Below, piece by piece: positions 1 through 13,852 of a stretch of DNA of 64,000 nucleotides. Source of the DNA: Felis catus (Eukaryota); contig NC_058369.1 in assembly GCF_018350175.1 (NCBI RefSeq), forward strand, positions 4,528,001-4,592,000, read 5' to 3'. Positions within the stretch are counted from its first letter, which is position 1, and every line of letters starts with the position of its first letter. The notes under the pieces were generated by a model. That model had not been told where the DNA came from, did not search any database, and saw nothing but the letters and a program-made list of their open reading frames with translations. The position numbers and the translations under genes were made by a program.

Positions 1-185
1 AGTTAAGCCTCTGACTCGGTTTCAGCTCTGGTCATGAGCTCACGGTTCATGAGTTCGAGCCCCGCATCGGGCTCTGCGCTGATGGCGTGGGGTCTGCTTG
101 GTATCCTCTTTCTCCCTCTCTCTCTGCCCCTCTCACGTACACACTTTCTCTCAAAATCCATAAATAAAAACTTTAAAAAAAAAAG
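1..185 (+). mobile_element. CAN-SINE (feline SINEC), 5'-cut by the window edge
   Basis: GGTTCATGAGTTCGAGCCCCGCATCGGGCTCTG, (CT)n, A-rich tail. Confidence 0.85.
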
Positions 186-403
186 TTCATTCTTCTCTCA
201 TCCACAAGTCCATATACAGGCAGATCAAAGCTGACACAATAAATCCACAGTGTTGGTCCCTGAAAGACCAGTGGGGGAGGCACCTCCCAGGCCAAAGGAG
301 GACAGCCTATTAGCACAGGAGGAAGAAAATTTCCAGTCTTTTAAGGTTCTAGATACCCACACGTGTCCCAGGGCCCCTTTTCTTTTCAAAATATAAAAGT
401 AAA

Positions 404-640
404 GGGGCGGCTGGGTGGCTCAGTTGGTTAAGCGTCTAACTTGGGCTCGGTCATAATCTCGTGGTTCGTGAGTTCGAGCCCCATGTCGGGCTCTGTGCTG
501 ACAACTCGGAGCCTGGAACCTGCTTTGGATTCTGCGTCTCCCTCTCTCTCTGCCCCTTCCCCGCTCATGCTCTGTCTCTCAAAAATGAATAAACATTAAA
601 TATATATATCTATATATCTATATATATAAGTATAAATAGA
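404..640 (+). mobile_element. CAN-SINE with (TA)n tail
   Basis: GGGGCGGCTGGGTGGCTCAGTTGGTTAAGCGTC head, CT-rich body. Confidence 0.9.
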
Positions 641-760
641 TCAGAAATGTATGAAGACATTCTCCTTGCAATAATAATGATAATAATGCATATAAAGGTA
701 AAGTCATTTTTGGTGGGCTTCCTTACCCATCTGGTAGGTCTGTTTTTTTAATATGTAAGT

Positions 761-1401
761 GTAGTCAATCTTCCTCTTTTGAAGACTCTGTATTTGCAAG
801 TTTGGCACTCACTAAAACTTACCTGTAACCCCCAAGTCAATGCTCCCTGTACTTTTGTGGTCATCTGTGGACATGCGCAGAGCAGTGCAAAGTCTGAAGT
901 GCCCAACATTCACATTCTCAGCTGAGGTCAAACACAGCACTGCCTTGGCTTCTCGCTTGAGCTCACAATGTAAATGCACGTCCTTCTGGGGGTCTGTTTA
1001 GCACCGTGTTTTTGCATGTTTGTTGGGTGATTTCACTGTTGAAAGTGGCCCCCAAGTCTAGTGCTGGAACTCTGTCTAGTGTTCCTGAGTGCAAGAAGGC
1101 TATGATGAGCCCAGGGAGAGAAAATACAGGTGTCGGATAAACTTCATTCACACATGAATTCTAGCGCTGTTGGCCATGAGTTCAATGCAAATGGATCAAT
1201 AATGTGTATTAACTAAGGTGTCCCTGAACAGAAAACACAAATAAACAAGGTCAGGTAGCGATCAGTTCATAAAAATGTTGTGACAGAGGCTGCCAGGAAC
1301 CTGACTCTGTATTTCTCCTAAGAGCAATGGTTCGATATTTGCTAATCCAGTATTCACAGCACCTGTATAAACATAACTACCACAAATAACAAGAATCGAC
1401 T
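761..1401 (+). mobile_element. MER82-like TcMar-Tigger DNA transposon relic
   Basis: Imperfect terminal inverted repeats (tagtcaatctt...aagaatcgacta); body resembles the recalled MER82 consensus. Confidence 0.65.
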
Positions 1402-1419
1402 ACATATAAATATATATGT

Positions 1420-2540
1420 CACTATAGAAAAAAGATATGTGTGTGTTATAGAGATGGGAGAATTCATACTTACACATAAAAATACGTAAGAGAGACATTT
1501 TCTCTTCTGGGCAGGGGACAGTTAGCACGGTGGTTGAGAATGTGAGGAGGGGGCAGGGGGCAGGCTTAGAGGCCAAGGGTGTGGAACCGAGGGGAACACA
1601 GACATGGCAGGCTGAGGAGAGGAACAGTGTGGTCAGGAGGCTGGATACACTGAACAAATAAGTAAATAGATTTTTAAAAAGTGGAAGCCAAGTTTCTCGT
1701 TGCCAGAGAAGAAACTAAGGAAAAGGCTAGAATGAGGAGGTATTATATTTGAATTGGAGGTTATGTACAAACTCATAGTTTTATAATACATACACACGGA
1801 TACAGAACTGTAGACGTGTGTTATATATATCTACTAGGTCTTTAAGTACACACGTAGTTTTGTGTACATACATGCACATACATACATACAGACGTGTTTT
1901 CTATCTCTGTCTGCTCCAAGGGCCCAGCAGCAGTTAGCACACTGAATGCCCAGATATTGGCTTCTAAATCCCATCTACTGCTAAAAGGAACCAGGGATGT
2001 TTGGGGAAATGTCTGACTCCAGGGCCAAGAAAGAGCCTGGAACTTCTTGTGTCAGAAAGTAAAGTGCTAAAACAAAATGAAACAAAACACAAAAGGTGGG
2101 GCTTGGCTGAGGGCCAGAGGAACCAGGCTGAAGGACTTTCTGCTGGCCACGTCAGGGGCAATTTGAGTATCAAAACAAATAATGACAGTAACAGAGGATA
2201 CCCCACAGAATAACTGGTTATAACTATTGTAACACAAAGTCCCCAATAACACAGAAGGAATAGTGGGATTGGAAAATCTCCGTCTGGCAGTCAGTATGCA
2301 GGTGGATGGACAAACAGGGGTCATCACCGGGTACCAAGGTCAGTGGCTGGAGGTTTGACGATGGGGAAGATGGTATAATCTCATAATACCTCCCCACAAA
2401 ATTCCGATCAATTACAGAAGGAGGAAAGATAAATTTAAGGTGGGGGAGCCTGACAGACACCAACTTGACCAGGTGGTCAAGGTTTATGTCACCTCCTGAT
2501 GACCGCGCAAAAAGGAACATAGCGTGCTTTCTGTCCCATT
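1420..2540 (+). mobile_element. Old L1M (L1MC/MD-like) 3' region fragments
   Basis: Motifs such as GCCCAGATATTGGCTTCTAAAT..CTAAAAGGAACCAGGG and TTGACCAGGTGGTCAAGGT. Confidence 0.5.
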
Positions 2541-2929
2541 CCTTCCAAGAAAGCGGTTGCGAGTTGGAGGCACTGGGTCTGAGCATGACCACAAGGTCAC
2601 AATAGCTTTATGTGGGCAACACTTTGGTTCCAGTGCAGGGAAAGTCCCTCACAGCATGAGAGTTTCCAGAGGCGAGAACCGCCCAGGACCGGAGGAGGGC
2701 AAGGGGCCACCCTCACACCCCAGGAGAAAGAGGGCTTATCTGTCTGGGTGATATTGCTCAGCAGCTGGGCAGGGAGTTTTGGGGTCCGACGGCTCCAAAG
2801 GGCACAGTGGCCTGGGGTCTCTTATAGCTCTGGAGTTTATCTTTTATACGGCACATGTTGCATAAAGTTTCAAGGGATATACAAAGCAAGCAGGCTCTAA
2901 ATGGCTAAAAATATGCTTATTTAAGGTAT

Positions 2930-2956
2930 ATTTTTATTTTTTTTATGTTTATTTAT

Positions 2957-3006
<50 letters not shown>

Positions 3007-3178
3007 AATGAGCAGGGGAGGGGCAGAGACAGAGAGGGAGAGAGAGAGAATCCCAAGCAGGCTCTACGCAGTCAGAGCAGAGCCCGACACGGGGCGCAAA
3101 CTCACCAACCGTGAGATCATGACCTGAGCTGATACCAAGAGTCAGATGCTTCACCAACTGAGCCTCCCAGGCGCCCCC
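2930..3178 (-). mobile_element. CAN-SINE with (GA)n
   Basis: Reverse-complement SINE; TSD-like aaggt(a/g)tatttt. Confidence 0.9.
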
Positions 3179-3992
3179 AAGGTGTATTTTAAACAACTGG
3201 CTGTGTAGGAAACTTGAGTTTGCTACCGTCTTTCCCTTCTGATGGTGTATAATGATCAATATAATTTAACGTACCCTTGGGACCTAGAAAATCGTCTGTT
3301 CCAAGTTAAAGAAAAAAATTGGGGTTTGGCTCCAGAGGGCTTTTGAGCTGCAGGTCCCAAACTGCTGTGAGGAAGTGAACCACGCAGGCCACTTACATGG
3401 GGCCCCTCTGTGGCTCCTTTAGGTGCCAGAGGCATGGCCCCAGTCTGGTCAAGAGGAAGCAGCAGGCGAACCCGAGATGGGGCTCACTCTATAGAAGGTA
3501 AGGCCCGTGTTCTTCAAGCCGGGCCAGGGATGAGAGACAAGAGAGGGGGTGAAGGAGACTGAGGGAGTCTAAGGAGACATGACAGCTAAGGGCACATGAC
3601 CCTGGACCAGAAAGGGGGGCCGTACCGGATCACTTAAGAAAATAAAAACAGGATGCGAGGAATGGATGGTCAGGCAGAGATGGCGATGTGCCGATGTGGA
3701 GGCTCGTGTGCTGCTTGTGTGGGACAGCGTCCTTGTCTGGAGAAGATACACACTCGGAATAGTTGTGCGAAACACCTGCAGGTTACTCGGAAAAAGACTA
3801 ACGGACAATCTGCTGGGGGCGGGGGGCGGGCAGTGGGTGACGGAGGAAATGCATCTGCACAGAGGATGGAGAGTTCTTTGCGGAGTGTTTTGGAAACTTT
3901 CCCGTAACTTACTATGGCCTCAAAATAAGTTATTTAAAGGGCATGTTAAAAGACATGAACTTGATTTTTCTCCCACTTAAAAAAAATATGCT

Positions 3993-4170
3993 AGGGCCCG
4001 CCTGGGTGGCTCGGTCGGTTAAGCGTCCGACTTCGGCTCAGGTCGTGATCTCACGGTTCGTGGGTTCGAGCCCCGCGTCGGGCTCTGGGCTGACGGCTCG
4101 GAGCCTGGCGCCTGCTTCGGATTCTGTGTCTCCCTCTCTCTCTGCCCCTCCCCCGCCTGTGCTCTGTCTC
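3993..4170 (+). mobile_element. CAN-SINE, 3' tail missing
   Basis: GGGCCCGCCTGGGTGGCTCGGTCGGTTAAGCG head; ends abruptly after the CT-rich part. Confidence 0.85.
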
Positions 4171-5029
4171 CTTCTGGCATCTCAACTGTAGTCACTAAGG
4201 CCGGCACTGAGTTCAGCTTTCAGTTCACCAACCCCACTCACAACCAGAACAACCCCCAGCTGCTCGAGCCAGTCTAATAAAGCTAACACCTCTAGTCCGC
4301 ACACCTATCTGGATAAACTCATTTCTCCTTTCCCGGTGTAGCACCCTCGGAATCCGACCCCACATGTAGGACCCAGATTGCCTGCCCGTTTCTACATTAC
4401 CCAAATCTTATAGGTCGTTTGCGATTTTTCATCCCAAGGCTTGGCACTGTAAGTGAAGTGGCCTCCTGAAGTAATTTTGAGACTTCACTCCCTTTTCGGT
4501 GTGGACGCAAGGAGGGAGCTAGCGTGAAAACTGGCTTCTACTGCAAGGTTACTGCCCCTCTAGATGGCGGGGAGGGGCTGCCTTTTGTTTCTTCCTTCCT
4601 GGCAAGGGAGCCTGAGTGGGATTCTAAAGTTCAGGGCGGGCACTCAAAATCATACACTCTTCTTCCCAAATGACACCGTTCCAAATATTTCCATTCTCAG
4701 GCTCCCTCTAACTCAGCAAATGCCCTGACTTTCACACAAAGATCTGGTGAGAATTCATGCCACGCTATCATTCAGCACCCTGAAGCTAGAAGAGGTAAGA
4801 AATCACCACAAGCATCCACAGCACCGATTCTCTGAAAACTGCTTTGAGATACGAATTTGAACTCAGAGCCCGTCATTCTCTCAAGCCCTCCCATGCTGTC
4901 ACAAATAGCCTGCAGGCTCAGAGTCCGTGTAATCCTTATGTCCCTCATGATGACTTCCTTGTCCTGTCCCTCCATCCACCGGATCCTTGCCTTTCATAAA
5001 AGAACAAAGATACAGGACTTTTGTCTTAA

Positions 5030-6560
5030 CAGCTTACCACAAAGCTACTGACCGAAACTGTGCTATGACATCAATAAGACAGTCCTGAAATGCAAGCTCA
5101 CACTTATGGTCAACTAATCCTTAATAAAGGTGCCAAGGTGACTCAATGGGAAAAGGGCAGTCTTTTCAACAAATAATGATGGAATACGCCAAAAACAAAC
5201 AAAACACTTCGGAGAACTTAGACCATCACCTCACACTACACACAAAAACGAAATCCAAAATGTATCGCGCACCTAAATGGAAAACCTAAATGGAAAAGCC
5301 AAAACTACAAAACATTAGGGGGGATAAATGTGCCCTTGGATTAGGTTTCTGAGATATGATTTCTTAGATATGACACCAAAGCACAAACCACAAATTAAAA
5401 GAAATGACAAAAAATGGACCTCACCGAAATCAAACACTCTTGTCCTTCAAAAGATACTGGCAAATAAACGTCAACTCTGCAGGTAAAAAGACAAATGTAT
5501 TTAAGAATCATGTATCTGCTAGGGGTGTCTGGGTGGCTCTGTCAGTTAAGTGTCCGACTCTTGATTTCGGCTCAGGTCATGATCTCACACTCATGAGATC
5601 AAGCCCCATGTCAGGCTCCACATTGGGCACGAAGCCTGCTTAGGATTCTCTCTCCCTCTCTCTCTTTCTGCCCCTCCCCTGCTCTCTCTCTCAAAAAAAA
5701 AAAAATTAAAAAAAAAGAATCATGTATCGGTTTAAGGACTTGTCGCCAGAATATGTAAAGAACACTTACAACTCAACAATAAAAAAGCAAATGACTCAAT
5801 TTACGGATTTGATGGAACATTTCTGTAAAGACAGACAAGTGGCCACTTAACATGTGAAAAGATGCCCAATGTCATTACTCATCAAGGACGTGCAAGTGGG
5901 AAGTACAACGTCACAGCACTTTACGCCCACCCACCCAATGCCAAGTGTTGGCAACCATGTGCAGAAACCTGAACCCGTTTCTGCTGGTGGGCATGCAAAA
6001 TGGCACCGCAACTTTGGAAAGCAAGTTTAGAAGTTTCCTCCAACGTTAAACAAAGAGTTACTATGTGACCCAGCAATTCAGCTCCCACGTATATACGATG
6101 CCAAGGAGAGATGACGCAAAAATTTGTATACCAATGTTCATAGCGGCATTATGCATAAGCACCAAACGCTGGGAGAAAATCCGAATGTCCGTCAACCAAT
6201 GAGTCACTACACAAAACATAGTACATCCAAATAATGGAATGCCACTCAACCATAAAAATGCTCGAACAACCAACACGAGCAGATGAACTTACGCTACGTG
6301 GAAAAGGCCGGACGCAAGAGACCACACGATGCATTACTCTGCTTATAGGACATTTCTAATAAAGGCAAAGCTATGGAGACAGAGAGCAGATCAGCAGTTG
6401 CCCGAGGCTGGGATGAGGTCTTTTCAGGGTGATGGAAGCGGCCAAAAATTAGAATATGGTGATGGCTTCACAATCGCATGGCTTTATTAAAAATCGTTGC
6501 ACTGGGTGGATTTATGGGTGGATTTTATGGTTTGTAAATTACAGCTCAAAAAAGCTGGGG
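5030..6560 (+). mobile_element. Old L1M (ORF2 end to 3'UTR) relic, interrupted by a CAN-SINE at 5522-5715
   Basis: L1 ORF2-like CAACTAATC..AAAGGTGCCAAG, GACCCAGCAATTC, L1MB-type 3' end; SINE TSD aagaatcatgtatc. Confidence 0.75.
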
Positions 6561-6814
6561 GGTGGGAATCGCTCATAAGGCTGGAGGAGGATGTGCAGGA
6601 ACGACCCCTAGGCCCCCCGTCGAGAAGGCCCCATCACCTCTACAGCAGCCGACGGTGGAATCACACTGCCCCCGCTGTGATCAGGAACACTGTTCGTGCC
6701 CAAGAAGCTGCTGACTCGGGAGACTGCTGGCCAAAGCAGGAAGCGGGGGCTCCCACTGCTGGCCCCAGAACCATGTGGCTTCAGCCAGAAACCTCCTTGG
6801 CTCTCCCCCTCACG

Positions 6815-7240
6815 TGACTCACCTCCAAATCAACCAAGATTTGGAACTTCAGCAGCCACCCCCAGCAACCTTTCTGTCTCTATGAATCTGACTTTAAGTA
6901 CCTCACAGGACTAGAATCCTACAGTATTTGTCCTTTTGTGTCTCGCTTATCTCACTGAGCATAATGTCTTCAAGGTTCATCCACGTTGTAGCAGGTGCCA
7001 GAAACGTCCTCCCTTTTCTAAGGCTGAGTAATATTCCATTGCGCGGATGGACCACCATTTATCCTTCATCCACCAGTGGACGGTGGGTTTCTCTGAACTA
7101 CCGTGAATCATGCTGCTTTGAACGGGAGTGTGCAAACCCTCTTCGAGTCCCTGCTTCCAATTCTCTTGGGTATATCCCCGGAAATGGGATTGTGGGGTCA
7201 CACGATAATGTGATGCTTAAATTGTTGAGGAGCCAAAGAG
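6815..7240 (-). mobile_element. L1MB 3' fragment (antisense)
   Basis: CTTTCTGTCTCTATGAAT..CAGTATTTGTCCTTTTGTG..TTCAAGGTTCATCC. Confidence 0.75.
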
Positions 7241-8418
7241 GCCTCTAAATGGTCTGTGTGCGAATCGGCCTCAACAGGGTCCAACAATCTGTGCAAATGC
7301 AGCTGCCTACACATCTGGGAGACTAGTCCATGTCCAGAAGGTGCTGGGTGGACACATGAATTCATGAACAGCCAGGCACAGCGAATCAAAGTCCTTGTCG
7401 ACCTTCTGCCGACCTTGCCTAGCTCTCTGAAACAGTCGGCTTCCTTAGCCTCCGTGCTGCCAGTGCCTTCCAGGCTGCTCCTCTGTCTCACTACTCCCTG
7501 TCAGGTTCCCTCGTGAACACGTTCACTCAAAGCTGTAACAAAGCCGGGCAGAGACTATAAAGTCCCTCCAGCCGCCAGACTGAAACCCAAGACTTTGCTG
7601 CTGCCTCCTCCCTGGGGGCTGTCACCTTGGGAACCACTGGCTGGGGGGAGGGGGGTGGGGTGCAGATAGCGAAGGGCCTTCTTGGGTAGACCCCGGTCCC
7701 CTAAGACGGGCCTCTGCAAAGCAGCAACAGGCCATGTCGCCATCGAGGATCCAGGCTACGGAATCCACAGTGATGTCACAAAGGCTGGCCACAGGCGGGA
7801 ACATTCTAGATATCCAGTCTAGAGACGGCTGTCCCCCCTGTGGCTACAGCAGAGGAGGGGGTGACCAAAGCTGATAAAAAGACGCTGGAGACAGAAGTGG
7901 GCACTGCCATCCCGACGACAGAGAAGGGTAAAAATGTGCTGTGGGTGGAAGGGAGGGGTTGGGAGCTGAGATGTTTCAGCTCCTGCCAGGGATGAACCAG
8001 TCTGCATACTGGGTGGGAGATGGGCCCAGAAGGCACCAGAAAGCAATTTTTTAGTAACACAGCCGGCAAGACCCCATGCCAATTCTGCCCTCACCACCCA
8101 TCGCACTTCATTTCCTTCTACGGCCCCCACTTTTCCTTATACTCCAGCCCTGATGGCCTTCATCACATTACTCTCTTTTCTCAGATTCCTTCTCCCTCTC
8201 TTCTTTGGTCACCTCGTACCCCCCCCCCCCCCCGTTTAGAGTAGCCTTGTCCAATCACCCCGGTGACCAGGTGGGACCCCTGTGCCTCCACACAGCTGGA
8301 CACTCCCAGCCCTCCAACGGACTGTCACTGGGTTTATATGAACGTATGTCTCTTCAGTCCCAGGAGACCAGATGCTTCCCAGACAGTAAGAAGAGAGGCC
8401 AAGGGTACTGTGGACACC

Positions 8419-8479
8419 ATGTCCTCGAACAAGCCGGGTCCAAAGGAGAGAGATCACCGAGCAGAAACTAAAGCCAGAG
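8419..8479 (+). CDS. ACSBG3: ACSBG-like coding exon 1 (MSSNKPGPKERDHRAETKAR)
   Basis: ATG in context gacaccATGt; donor AG|gtgggg at 8480; the phase-1 end matches the next exon. Non-conserved N-terminus, so less certain. Confidence 0.6.
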
Positions 8480-11400
8480 GTGGGGGACTCCCTGGGCCCC
8501 GGGTGTGGCTTCCTAGAGAAGGTGGGGTTCCCAGAGAAGCCCCTCGGGGATGGCCAAGGGTGGCTGAGCCAGCACTGGGATCTTTGACGTCGTGTCGGGC
8601 TGGCTGGGAGCAGGGGAGGGAGGCTGTGAACGAAGGTGGATGCAGTTTGTCATAGGTGCCCGGTCCTTGGTAAGTGCACGGGAGGGTGGCGGGCCCGTCA
8701 CTGAGCTGCCCGCTTGCTGGCAGGGGGCCCAGTGCATCTGTCTGTCCACCCGCCCCTGCGCCCTTTTCTGCGTCTCCCCATTCACTTCTGTCTTCCTCCC
8801 TTGGCGGCTGTGTCTTTCTCCCTCCCGCCCGCCGCCCTGCCTCTCGCCCCCGACTCTCCCCTGCGTCCTCCGCCCGCCTGGGCCGCCTTCAGAGCCACAG
8901 CCCTGCCCCCTTTCACCTACCTGGGGTCTCCTGGCCCCCGGGCCCCGCCTGCCCACAGGCCCCAGCTACTGGACGTCAAGGCGCGACGGCGAGGTGCACC
9001 TGCGGCAGGAGGACGCCTTCGCCAGCCAGGCGCCCGTCACCGTGCACGACATGGTCATGAACACGGCCATCAAGTACGCCAACTACATCGCGCTCGGCTC
9101 CAAGCACAGGACCGGCTGGCACCTGCTCACCTACATCGAGTACTACGAGGAATGCCGGCGCGCCGCCAAGGCCTTCCTCAAGGTACCACGTGCGCTCCCG
9201 CGCCTGCGCGCCGCCCGCCTCTGCGCGCTTGCGCACTGCCGCGCCCGCGCCACTGCGCCTGCGCGCCGCTCCTCCTCTGCCTCCCCGCCTGCGGGGCGGG
9301 CGCGAATCCTTTCCCCTGGCTCTGCCCTTGTCTGCGCGTTCTTGCTCAAATCGTTTAACCTCCCTCATCGAGAAGAGTACCTTCAGTGCCTGTGATCTTT
9401 TTCGTTAATGACTTAGGCTACTCTTGCGGTGAGCACAGCATCACGTGTAGACTTGCGGAATCACGGTGTTGTGCACGTGAAGCTAATGTAACATTAGGTG
9501 TCAGCTGTATTTCAATTAACGTTTTTGAAAAATTACTCATTCTCATCATGCCCTCGTTTTCTCATCTGTAACATGGGGGTTCTGTATCTGTATATGGCCA
9601 TATCCATTTTATACTTTATTTGTATTGAATTTAGTATAAAACTTTGTTATATTAGGATTTTTGTGTGCAAATACATAAAATAAAACATCATAGCATCTCG
9701 CACAAAGGTTTGCTACAAGAATTCAGTGAGTGGACACATATCAAATAGCTCCTGGCTCGCACGAAGCATTACTCAGCATTTATTCTTATGGTTGTTACTG
9801 TTAATGTGTCTCTTCTCCAATGTCTCATCTTTTGAGCAAGGTCATCCCTGATCACCCTGGGTCCCCAAACTCACCCCCCCCACACACACTAATCTCTATC
9901 ACAGCTCCTTTGAAAATTTTCTGCCCAGCTTTCATGGCCACCTGGTAGTATGATTGTATAATTTATTTGTTTAGCTGGTCAGTTATGAGGGCAAGGGGCC
10001 AGTCTGCCCCATTCATTGCAGGCCCCCAGAATCTAGAACAGAACCAGCCCCTTGGGTATGTCTTCAATGAATGAATGCCCATCTATCAGATTAGGAAAGA
10101 GGATAAGGGACCTCAAGGGACTTCTCCAGTCAATGTAATAAACAAGGATGTGTGAAGTAGACAGTGGTCCAGAGAAAACTAAAGCAGGGAAGGGGGTAGA
10201 TGAGCTAGGGGTGGGAGTGGAAATTTTAATATATGGTGGTCAGTGAGAGCCTCTCTGAGAGTGATATTTTCGCAAAGACTTAAACAACTTGGTGGGGGGC
10301 AGGGAGCCAAGTGAGTATTTGGGGATAAATGTTGCAGGTAGTGGGAACAAATGTGCAAAGGCCCTGGGGCAGGCAGAACAGTGCCATGCATGTTGACTGA
10401 ATAGCAAAGAGGCTGAAGCAGAATGAGTGGAAAGGAGAGAGGGAGGTGGTGAGGGCAGGGGGTAACGGGGACACGTCTTGCTGGGTCTTGTGGGGCTTTT
10501 GCCAGGAGTGAGGTGGGAGCCATGGAGGGCTGTGAGAGGAGGGATGCGCCCAGAGTTGGTTGCTCACAGGCTGCGTGGAAAAAGAGAGACCCGTGGAGGT
10601 TGAGATGAAGACGTTTTGGAGACCTGTGTGGTACCCGGGGAGGGGACAGGAGGTGGTCAGATTCTGAAGGCAGAGCCAACATCATTTCTTGACGGATTGG
10701 GTGTCAGAGAGAAGGAAAGGCACTGAGGATAATCAAGATTTCTGGCCAGTGCAAGTTGAAGGGACTGCTACTGACTGAGATTGTGGAGGGCGGGGCCGGC
10801 AGAGGGGGGTGGGTAACATCAGCAATTTTGTTTGGGCCGTGTTGGGTGTGTCGTGCCTGCCTGACGAGGACACTAGGTGTGGGCAGTGGTGCCCAAGAGT
10901 CTGGAGTGGACGGGAACGACCCACCTGGGGATGGCATCACCTGGTCCTGCCAGAACAGGTGAATGTGTATCATCTTGAATGTTTAAGTCAATCCAGATGT
11001 CAGCACAAGTGATCATGTGGGCATCCAGAGCTTGAGCCATGCAGATGTTCACCCCAATATTGTATCTAATAAAAGTAGAGGGGAGAAAGGATCTTACTTA
11101 AGTATCAACCAGTAAAGCGGGGTGGGGAGGCAGTCGCTAAATTATGACACTTCTCTACAATACAATATCATAGAGGTGTTATATCTGATACCATAGAGAA
11201 ACATTTAAAGGCTGGGGAAATAGGATGCATGGTTTTACGAACAATGGTGGGTTATGATCATATAGGGATAAGTACTGCCCAGATTTTATCAAATATTTAT
11301 TCATAAAAATATCGGGGGCGGGCATTTTGTTTGTCTGTTCTCAGTGTTTTTCAATCTCCATCTATCAACATTTGGGGCTGGATCATTCTTTTGTGGAGGG

Positions 11401-13818
11401 GTCTGTCCTGTACGTTAGACAATGTTTCTTAGCAACCCCGGTGCCCGCCCACTCCGTGTCAGCACCATCCCCTTCCCCAAAAATGTCTCCAGATGTTGCC
11501 CAATGTCACCTGGAAGGCAGAATCATCCATGTTGAGAACCCCTGCTCCACGTGAATATATATGGTAGCTTGTAATGGGGGGGGGGGGGAATGGGCTACTC
11601 TATTAGCAAACAGAAGCACCAATGGTCAACAGAGAAAAGAGAGCCCACGGTTCTCAGCCTGAGGCTCCTGGGCACGTGGGGGCAAGTGGCCGGTGAGCCC
11701 CCTGTGCCTCACAAGGGCCTCCTTTCCCAGCTGGGCCTGGAACGCTTCCACAGCGTGGGGATCATGGGGTTAAACTCCGAGGAGTGGGTCATCGCGAGCA
11801 TTGGTGCTATCATGGCTGGGTAAGAGGTACCTGGTATCGCCCTGGGGTACACGGAGTCAGGAAGCCATCAGCCCAGCAAAGGCTCTTCCCTCCTCCTTCC
11901 ACCCACCCCCCGGCTCTTGAATCCATAGGGGTCTCACGGAAGAGTCCCCAGCTCAGGGAGCAAACTAAGGCTCCTGCTTGGTCTGTGCTCAGTGGGATTT
12001 GTCAAGGGCCCAGGCCTGGGCACCAGCCAGCTCGCCCTTCCGACACTCTCTACCTGTCGAACTCAAACACATCCTGGGAAGCCCAGCTCCCATGACCCCT
12101 CCTCCAAGAAGCCTCCCCAGGGCTCCCCAGCATTGAGACCTCCCTCTACCTGTCCAGACTGTTGGGGAACCCCTGGAAGGCAGGGTCCAAGCCCAAGCTG
12201 TCCCCGAGTCCCACCTTCAAACAAGGCATATTGGGGGTGTCAGGGGATGTGTGCCATACTCTATGCCCCACCCGAGGGACTGTCTCTCCTATGACACAAC
12301 CGGCCTCCTGGGAGCCCAACGATTCACCAGTGGGTCCTCACTTCTTGGGTTCTGCTTCCAGAGGCTTCTCCGTTGGCATCTTGTCCACCAACTCTCCAAA
12401 AACCTGCCAGGTCATCGCCGAAAGCTCGGAGATGGACATCTTTGTGGTGGATAATGACAGACAGCTGCAGAAAATCATCCAGGTTAGTGACTCGTGCAAA
12501 GGCACGAACTTCGCCTAATAAAGAAAAGGAAACCAATGAGCGATGGACCCACCCTCCGTGGTCTCTCATGAGATGGGAACCGCGGATTCCACGGATGGAT
12601 GGGCCCAGGGCCCCTATGGGGTGCCAGGCGAGTGATGTTCTGGCCCAGTGCGGGTCCCGGCGCTAACCCCCAACGCACCCCCAACTGGGACTTACATCTT
12701 CCCGCTGCAAGCAGGCAGATCTCCTCCTCCCACTTAAAACAAAAATTATTCCGGGAAAATGCACACAGTGTACAATTTACCCTCTTAACCCTTTTTAGTG
12801 TACGATTCTGTGGCATTTAGTACGTTTGTGGTATTGTGGAACCATGACCTCTGTCTGGTTCCAGAACATTCCATCACCTGCAAAGGAAACCCTGTGCCTA
12901 TTAGTGGGGACTCCTCATTCCCCTGGCCCCAGCCCCTGGCAACCCACTTTCTGTCTCTGTGGACTTGCCTGTTCTGGAAGTTTCATCTTATTGGGATGGT
13001 ACAACAGGTCCTATTTGGGGGGAACCCTGAATTTCCCTGGGTCCGGGGCTGATCCGAGTGAGGTGGTTCTGGGCGTGGGCGCGATGGTTCAAAGCAACTC
13101 CCTGTGAAATGGGGACGCCAAGAGGACCATGACAAGCAGACAGAGGTAAGTAGGCAAAGACGACCACCATGAAACACCCACGAGGATGACTCAAAAAAAA
13201 TTTTGTTTTAATGTTTAACGTTTATTTATATTTGAAAGAGAGAGAGTGGGGGAGGGGCAGAGAGAGAGGGAGACACAGAATCGGAAGCGGGCTCCAGGCT
13301 CTATGCTGTCAGCACAGAGCCCGATGCGGGGCTCGAACTCATGAACCGCGAGGTCATGACCTGAGCCGAAGCCAGACGCTCAACCGACCGAGCCACCCAG
13401 GTGCCCCAGGATGACTCCGATTTTAAAACGGGTAATACCGAGCGCTGATGAGGACCTTCACTGCAAGATGGTACCGCCACCCTGGGAAGCAGTTTGACAG
13501 TTTCATGTCAGGTTAGATAAACACCTACTATGTGGTGCAGCCCTTTCACCCCCGGATATGCACCCAAGAGCAACGAGAACGGGTGTCTCCACTGCGTGTC
13601 AGTGTCTGTGGCTGTTCTGTGCACGGAAATTATTCCTCAATAAATTCCATCCTCTCTCGGTCTTGGTGAGAACGTAAAATGGCGTAGCCACTGTGGGACA
13701 CAACACGACGTTTCCTCAAAACTTCAGAGTTACCAGCAATCTCACTGCTGGCTACATACCCAAAAGAAGTGAAGGAAAGATCTCGAAGATTGTTTTTTTT
13801 AAGCTTATTTATTCATCT

Positions 13819-13852
<34 letters not shown>

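Noticed and set aside
4772..5051. Short ORFs with protein-like composition (MEGQDKEVIMRDIRITRTL...)
   Set aside because: No recognisable homologue or exon context; cannot be supported without a search.
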